Below, piece by piece: positions 50,112 through 55,552 of a DNA stretch of 55,552 bases. This DNA comes from Nemertoderma westbladi (Eukaryota; Animalia; Xenacoelomorpha), in the NCBI GenBank assembly GCA_032718475.1, contig JAUCBJ010008888.1, positions 1 to 55,552 of the forward strand. Reading direction: 5' to 3'. Under the pieces are notes generated by a model, which had not been told where the DNA came from, made no database searches, and saw nothing but the letters and a program-made list of their open reading frames with translations. The stretch's first letter is position 1. Every line of letters begins with the position of its first letter. A program made the position numbers and the translations under genes.

Positions 50112-50997
50112 ATGGCGATGGACCTGAGTTTGACACGAATAGACTACATGCAGGTGGGTGTTACGAACCGTGGCTGCATGCAGGTGCTGCCCACTGGCCA
50201 CGATGTCTCCCAGCGGCTAGCAGTGGGAGACGAAGACGGAGTGCTAACCTGCTTCTCTATGAAGAAACGCGACCCGCAAATCGTGTTTAAAACGCTCCCC
50301 GGGCCGTCAGTTCGAGCCGTCCGATTGGGCGGCTCGCTGGGAACCGAATACGATAAAATATTCATGTCATCCGGCTCCGAGATCCGTGGCTACTCCAAGA
50401 AGGGGAAACAATTCCTCTCGTTCGATACCAATGTCACCGAGCCAATCACCTCTATGTGGGTCTCCGGTAACGATCTTATAGTCGCCACCGATTACGTTTA
50501 CCAACAGTTCCACGATTGTCAGGACGCCAACTACCTGCTGAGTCCCGAGGCGATCACCGACGTGATCACCTTGAACGCGACGCTAACTAGGCAACTGGTC
50601 CCGCTGACCGCGTGTCGTGACCGAGTCATCCGCGTTATCCGAGGTTCCGATGTCGACATTGAGGTGGAGCTTCCCGGAATTCCTTCCGTTATGCGGTTGA
50701 GCGGGAACACCGGCGGCGCCCATGGTAACGAGATTTGTTACGGGACGATCGACGGACATCTCGGTTTGATGCAGATCAATACGGACAGCCCACCGCGCCA
50801 CGGGTGGGAGTTAGGAAACAGCGCCCGACACGGGGGAGTAACCGCGTTGTCCTTCCATGACGTGGTAGGGGACGGGACTCTGGATCTGTTGGTGGGGAGG
50901 GACGACGGTGGGGTGCAGGTTTTCGGATTCGATGACAATGAGGAACCTGTACTGCGGTACGAGCATATGTTGCCGGAGAGCGTCACTGCTATAGGAG
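50112..50997 (+). CDS. BBS7: Bardet-Biedl syndrome 7 protein, coding exon 1
   Basis: MDLSLTRIDYMQVGVT, VFKTLPG, SKKGKQFLSFDTN and DLLVGRDDG match the BBS7 beta-propeller. The exon ends at the donor GAG|GTGAGT. The start could also be the ATG at 50118. Confidence 0.92.
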
Positions 50998-52061
50998 GTG
51001 AGTCACTGACCGTAGGAGGTAAGTCACTGCCATAGGTGGTGAGTCACTGCCATAGGAGGTGAGTCACTGCCATAGGAGGTGAGTCACTGCCATAGGAGGG
51101 GAGTCACTGACCGTAGGAGGTGAGTCACTGCTATAGGTGGTGAGTCAATGCCATTGGAGGTGAGTCACTGCCATAGACAGACATGAGGTTAGTCGCTGCC
51201 ATAGGTGGTGAGTCGCTGCCATAGGTGGTGAGTCATTGCCATAGGAGGTGAGTCACTGCCATAGGCAGACAGGTGAGTCACTACCATAGGAGCTGAGTCA
51301 CTGCCATAGGAGGTGTGTCACTGCCATAGGCAGACAGGAGGTTAGTCGCTGCCATAGGTGGTGAGTCGCTGCCATAGGTGGTGAGTCACTGTCATAGGAG
51401 GTGAGTCAATGCCATAGGAGTTGTGTCACTGCCATAGGCAGACAGGAGGTGAGTCGCTGCCATAGGAGGTGAGTCACTGCCATAGGTGGTGAGTCATTGT
51501 CATAGGAGGTGAGTCAATGCCATACGAGTTCTGTCACTGTCATAGTCAGACAGGAGGTTAGTCGCTGTCATAGGTGGTGAGTCGCTGCCATATTCGGTGA
51601 GTCACTGCCTTATGAGGTGAGTCAATGCCGTAGGGGGTGAGTCACTGCTATAGGAGGTGAGTCACTGCCGTTGGGGTGAGTCGCTGCCATGATAAGAGGT
51701 GAGTCACTTGCGGTGAGTCACAGCCTTATGAGGTGAGTAACTGCCGTAGGAGGTGAGTCACTGCCTTAGGAGGCGTGTCACTGCCATATGTAGACATGTG
51801 AGTCACTGCCATATGAGGTGTGTCACTGCCATAGGAGGTGAGTCACTGCCATAGGAGGTGAATCACTGCCGTTGGGGTGAGTAACTGCCGTAGGAGGTGA
51901 GTCACTGCCATAGGAGGTGAGTCACATCCGCAGGAGGTGAGTCACTGTATTAGGAGGCGTATCACTGCCATATCCAGATGCAGACATGTGAGTCACTGCC
52001 ATAGGAGGCGTGTCACTGCCATAGGAGTTGAGTCACTGCCATAGGAGGTGAGTCACTGCCA
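50982..52061 (+). repeat. 20-bp minisatellite GTCACTGCCATAGGAGGTGA spanning the BBS7 exon/intron junction, about 50 units
   Basis: Visible tandem array whose first unit overlaps the last 16 nt of exon 1. Confidence 0.95.
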
Positions 52062-52603
52062 CCCCGAAGGCACCTATTTCAAAGGCTTAGGATTTTGAGA
52101 AAATTTTGGGGTGCATCATGACACTGATTTACGACACTATATTCCGGGCCATGGTGTGTAATAACTATTTCTGCAAAAAAGACTGCAGAAAGTGAATTGC
52201 ACAAATTATAGGCATAGACGTGATTTCGGTATACGGATACCACAGTCCGGCAATCTTATTCGATATGGATATCATTATTTTACCACTGAAATTGGTTTGG
52301 GGAACCCAAAATAACTTTTGTGAGTTGGTTTATTGTTTTGTTAGGATTGGTTGGCCATGGCCATCCCCCTCCAGACGTAAGTATACAAATATCCATATAA
52401 ATATCCATAAGTATAAATATCCACAAGTACAATGGACAAATTGTTTACTAATATGAGATAGGGTTAGGGCATGCACTTTAAATTATAGTTCAAGGCTCAC
52501 CTGGCATGATTGTCACATTCGCAAAAATTTGTATAACACTGTATATAAATACAATTATTATCACCGTTGCGGAACCGTTAATATTGTTGAAATTATCTTC
52601 CAG
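50998..52603 (+). other. BBS7: BBS7 intron (GT-AG, phase 1)
   Basis: GTGAGT ... TTATCTTCCAG. Splicing gives ESVTAIGGGRVLNPNYDEVV, colinear with the vertebrate [20 protein letters not shown] as I recall it, and a 716-aa product. Confidence 0.88.
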
Positions 52604-53868
52604 GTGGACGAGTTTTGAACCCGAATTACGACGAAGTTGTGGCGACAACGTACGCGGGTTGGGTTCTGGGTCTTACAACAGAGCAACTCCAGAAGCAGGT
52701 GTCGGACGGCGGAGAGGCGACTTTCAGTGAAGAGGCGAAGGACAAGATCGTGTCCTTGCGACAGGAGATCGGCGTCTTACAGGGGAGAATTCAGAGCGAA
52801 CGCGATAAATACCAGGAGGCGTCATTCGATAGCCCGATGCCGTCGCCAATGCGAAGCTTCAGTGTGAACGATAAGTTCTTCCTTAACCAAGAGGACGCTT
52901 CGTACACGCTGAGTCTGGAAGTTCAGATGGCCATAGATAATGTGTTGCTGCAAAGCGATGTTCCTGTGGACCTTCTGGATGTTGATAAAAACTCCGCAGT
53001 TGTTAGTTTCAGCGTTTGCGACCACGAAAAGGACGGCAACTTCCTATTGGCTACTCACCGTTGCCAGGCCAACACTACCCGCTTGGAGTTGAAGGTGCGC
53101 TCGATTGAGGGTCAGTACGGCACGTTGCGAGCTTACATCACCCCCCGGATCCAACCCAAGGTGTGCGTAGTCAAGGAGTTCTTTATCAAACCGTTGTCAC
53201 TACATGTCAGAGTCCACAGTAAGGATATGGTTGGTCCTAAGAATCGTCTGCAACTGACAGGCAAGTACAGTCTAACGGAGGTGCATTCTTGGATCGGTTA
53301 CTGCCTACCAGACATACCAGAACGACCACCGAACTCAGAAAAAGTCTGCCTTTCCTTCAAATCCACCTTTATGAAAACTAATTTGGAGTGCCAATACGAG
53401 TCTGGTAAGGCCGTCTTCCTATCGGAAAATATATCTACTATATCGATCATTAAGGATGTGATTACTAAAGAAGCGACTAAACGTAACATCACGTTGAATA
53501 TGACGTACGATCTGGAGGAACAGACAATCCCGTACGTTCTCAACCAGATCCATCCGAAACTCGACGCCCAAATCCTGTTGGCTAAACGAGTACAGCTAAT
53601 CGAGCCATTGAAGGAGTTGGAAGCCCAGGAGAGCGGGAGGGACTTCCTAAGCGAGGAGTACAATGATATACTGGAGCACGCTGAAGAGATTCAACTGGAG
53701 TTCAAGAAACAACCGTGTCACCTGGAACGGCTCTACGGTATGATTACCGATCTCTACATAGATATTCATAAGTTCAGAGGAAACAACGTAAAAAATCGCA
53801 TTCCGAAACTTATCGAGATTCTAGACAACTACGACCTTCAACTATTAATAAACTTCTTTGAAAGTTAA
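52604..53868 (+). CDS. BBS7: Bardet-Biedl syndrome 7 protein, coding exon 2
   Basis: Motifs DNVLLQSDVPVDLLDVDKNSAVVS, RCQANTTRLELKVRSIEGQYG and HLERLYGMITDLYID; TAA at 53866-53868; AATAAA near 53909. Confidence 0.93.
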
Positions 53869-55552
53869 ACTACATCTCGAAGTCATTATACCTTCAGCAC
53901 ACTTAACAAATAAATTGGTAATGTAAATAGTTTATACACTGTAAATTCGAGTTTGTGCAATTTCTTAAATATCTTACATTGAAACTTATCTATTTATTTT
54001 TGCTAATTAGCTGTTTTCACTTTATTTGTCTACTATTTAGTCCCGTACTGTAAAAGGAAACATCAGTCATATTTAGTAATTTTAGATATGGGGCAGGGCA
54101 TTTATTGAGGGGCAGTTTTATTATTGCCGCGGAACTGCCCCAACTCATCACCTTTCCCACTCTCGCTCTCCGACGAAAATGAACATAAAATCAACATACA
54201 CCAACCCACTACCCTACCCCACACCGCGACACCCACCCACACCTACGATCTGAAGGATTGTACCCAATACAAAAAAACAGGATAAGTTGAATCATACAAA
54301 TAAAGCGGTAAGCTTGCAAGACGAATGCATGATTCACTGAGAATATCGGTCTTAATCTCACTTAATGGAATACTGTACATATTGTTCAAAACTTTTACTA
54401 AATTAATTGCAATGTTCACCTATCATTTCGTCTAGTGTCAGTACATACTCTTACATACTCATGCATGTTAAAAATTAAGGTAAATGGTACTGTACAAATC
54501 TGATAAATATTGGTACCGGTATTGTAATTCAACTAGCATGATATAAACTAACGAACAAATTGGCAATTAATATGGCTGACATTTACTTCCTTTTCATGTA
54601 TATTTTTCAGAAATATTTCAATTGCATTAATTTACATATTTTCAGGCCCTTTCATCCCATTTCACCTAATTTTTTACTTTCCGGGATTTTAATTTCCATG
54701 CGGTATAGGGTTCCACAACTTTTAGTGGCAACACTAGATACATTTAACCCAGGGTAGGGTATTCCTTAAATACCCCCTGTAGGTGTTGGGCTGGGCTCCT
54801 ATGGGTAGGATACAGCATAGCGCACTACCAAACTAACAAATTTCCAACTAAATCTTCCACTTTCTTCTCTAAAACGCTCAAACTACCGTCCCAACTTCAG
54901 AAAAACAGAATAAAATTGGATTAGTTAGTAATAAATACTATTACTATTTAATACAGGTTCTATACCTATAATGATAACGGACAATATCTCTACTAAATAC
55001 CCAACAAAACAATCCATCTAAACACTATTCCCCTCCAATGCTCCAAATTAACAGATTACCACTACATCTCACTATACCACATCAAAAATCGATGTCACAT
55101 CACCACTGCCCTTTCATTACATTTATTTTTTTTTTTTATTTTTTTTTTTTTTTGAAGATACACCCCCAGTCGGGGTAAATATAAATTATAATATTGATAA
55201 TAGGTATGTACATTGTACGCGCACAGTAAATCATAATTAGACTAATAGTTTAAGGTCAAATATTATTTGAAAATTATTATAATTAAGCCAGTAAATGCAC
55301 ACAATTATTAAATATGGTAATAAATAAGGCAATGCTATTAGATAATTATTAAGGATGGTAGAATTTAATTGCATAGCAGGATAATAAGTGGCGCCTCAAA
55401 TTAGAGATAAATAGATTTAATTTAGGAGATTAAATAGGCCTAACAATGAAAGATATATAGTTCACATCCTAAGAAAATTATAATTAACTGGGTATTATAT
55501 TGTAAGTAGTAAAGTAAAGCTTTGGGTAGTTCTAATAAGGAGGGAGGGGGGG

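Noticed and set aside
50109-51035. 308-aa and 417-aa ORFs as separate genes
   Set aside because: They are two exons of BBS7; the ORF-track ends run into the intron or use non-ATG starts.

Overview
Eukaryotic, AT-rich, repeat-rich window, most likely from an invertebrate animal. The first 22.7 kb holds two related BEL/Pao LTR retrotransposons. Element A (minus strand, runs off the left edge) appears inserted antisense into the 5' leader of element B (plus strand). Element B has a decayed gag-pol and, between pol and its 3' LTR, an intact 1417-aa extra ORF. That ORF is not env-like: it carries a DnaQ/DEDDy (WRN/RNase D-like) 3'-5' exonuclease-type domain, three Cys/His zinc knuckles and a basic tail, and is preceded by an RFX X-box and a long G.U-rich hairpin. 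Element A has no TGG-type tRNA primer-binding site. Instead, the 12 nt next to its LTR are complementary to a site inside the LTR, the geometry of Tf1-type self-priming. A solo LTR of the same family (5-bp TSD GTCTG) lies at 39.8-41.0 kb. The rest contains a 5'-truncated RTE LINE, a 6.4-kb 20-bp minisatellite, an internally deleted CR1-group LINE, several MITE-like repeats and three very intron-poor host genes: a GLIPR2/GAPR-1-like CAP gene, HACD and BBS7. The single BBS7 intron starts with a minisatellite built from its own 5' splice site. All homology calls come from motif recognition by eye, not database searches.
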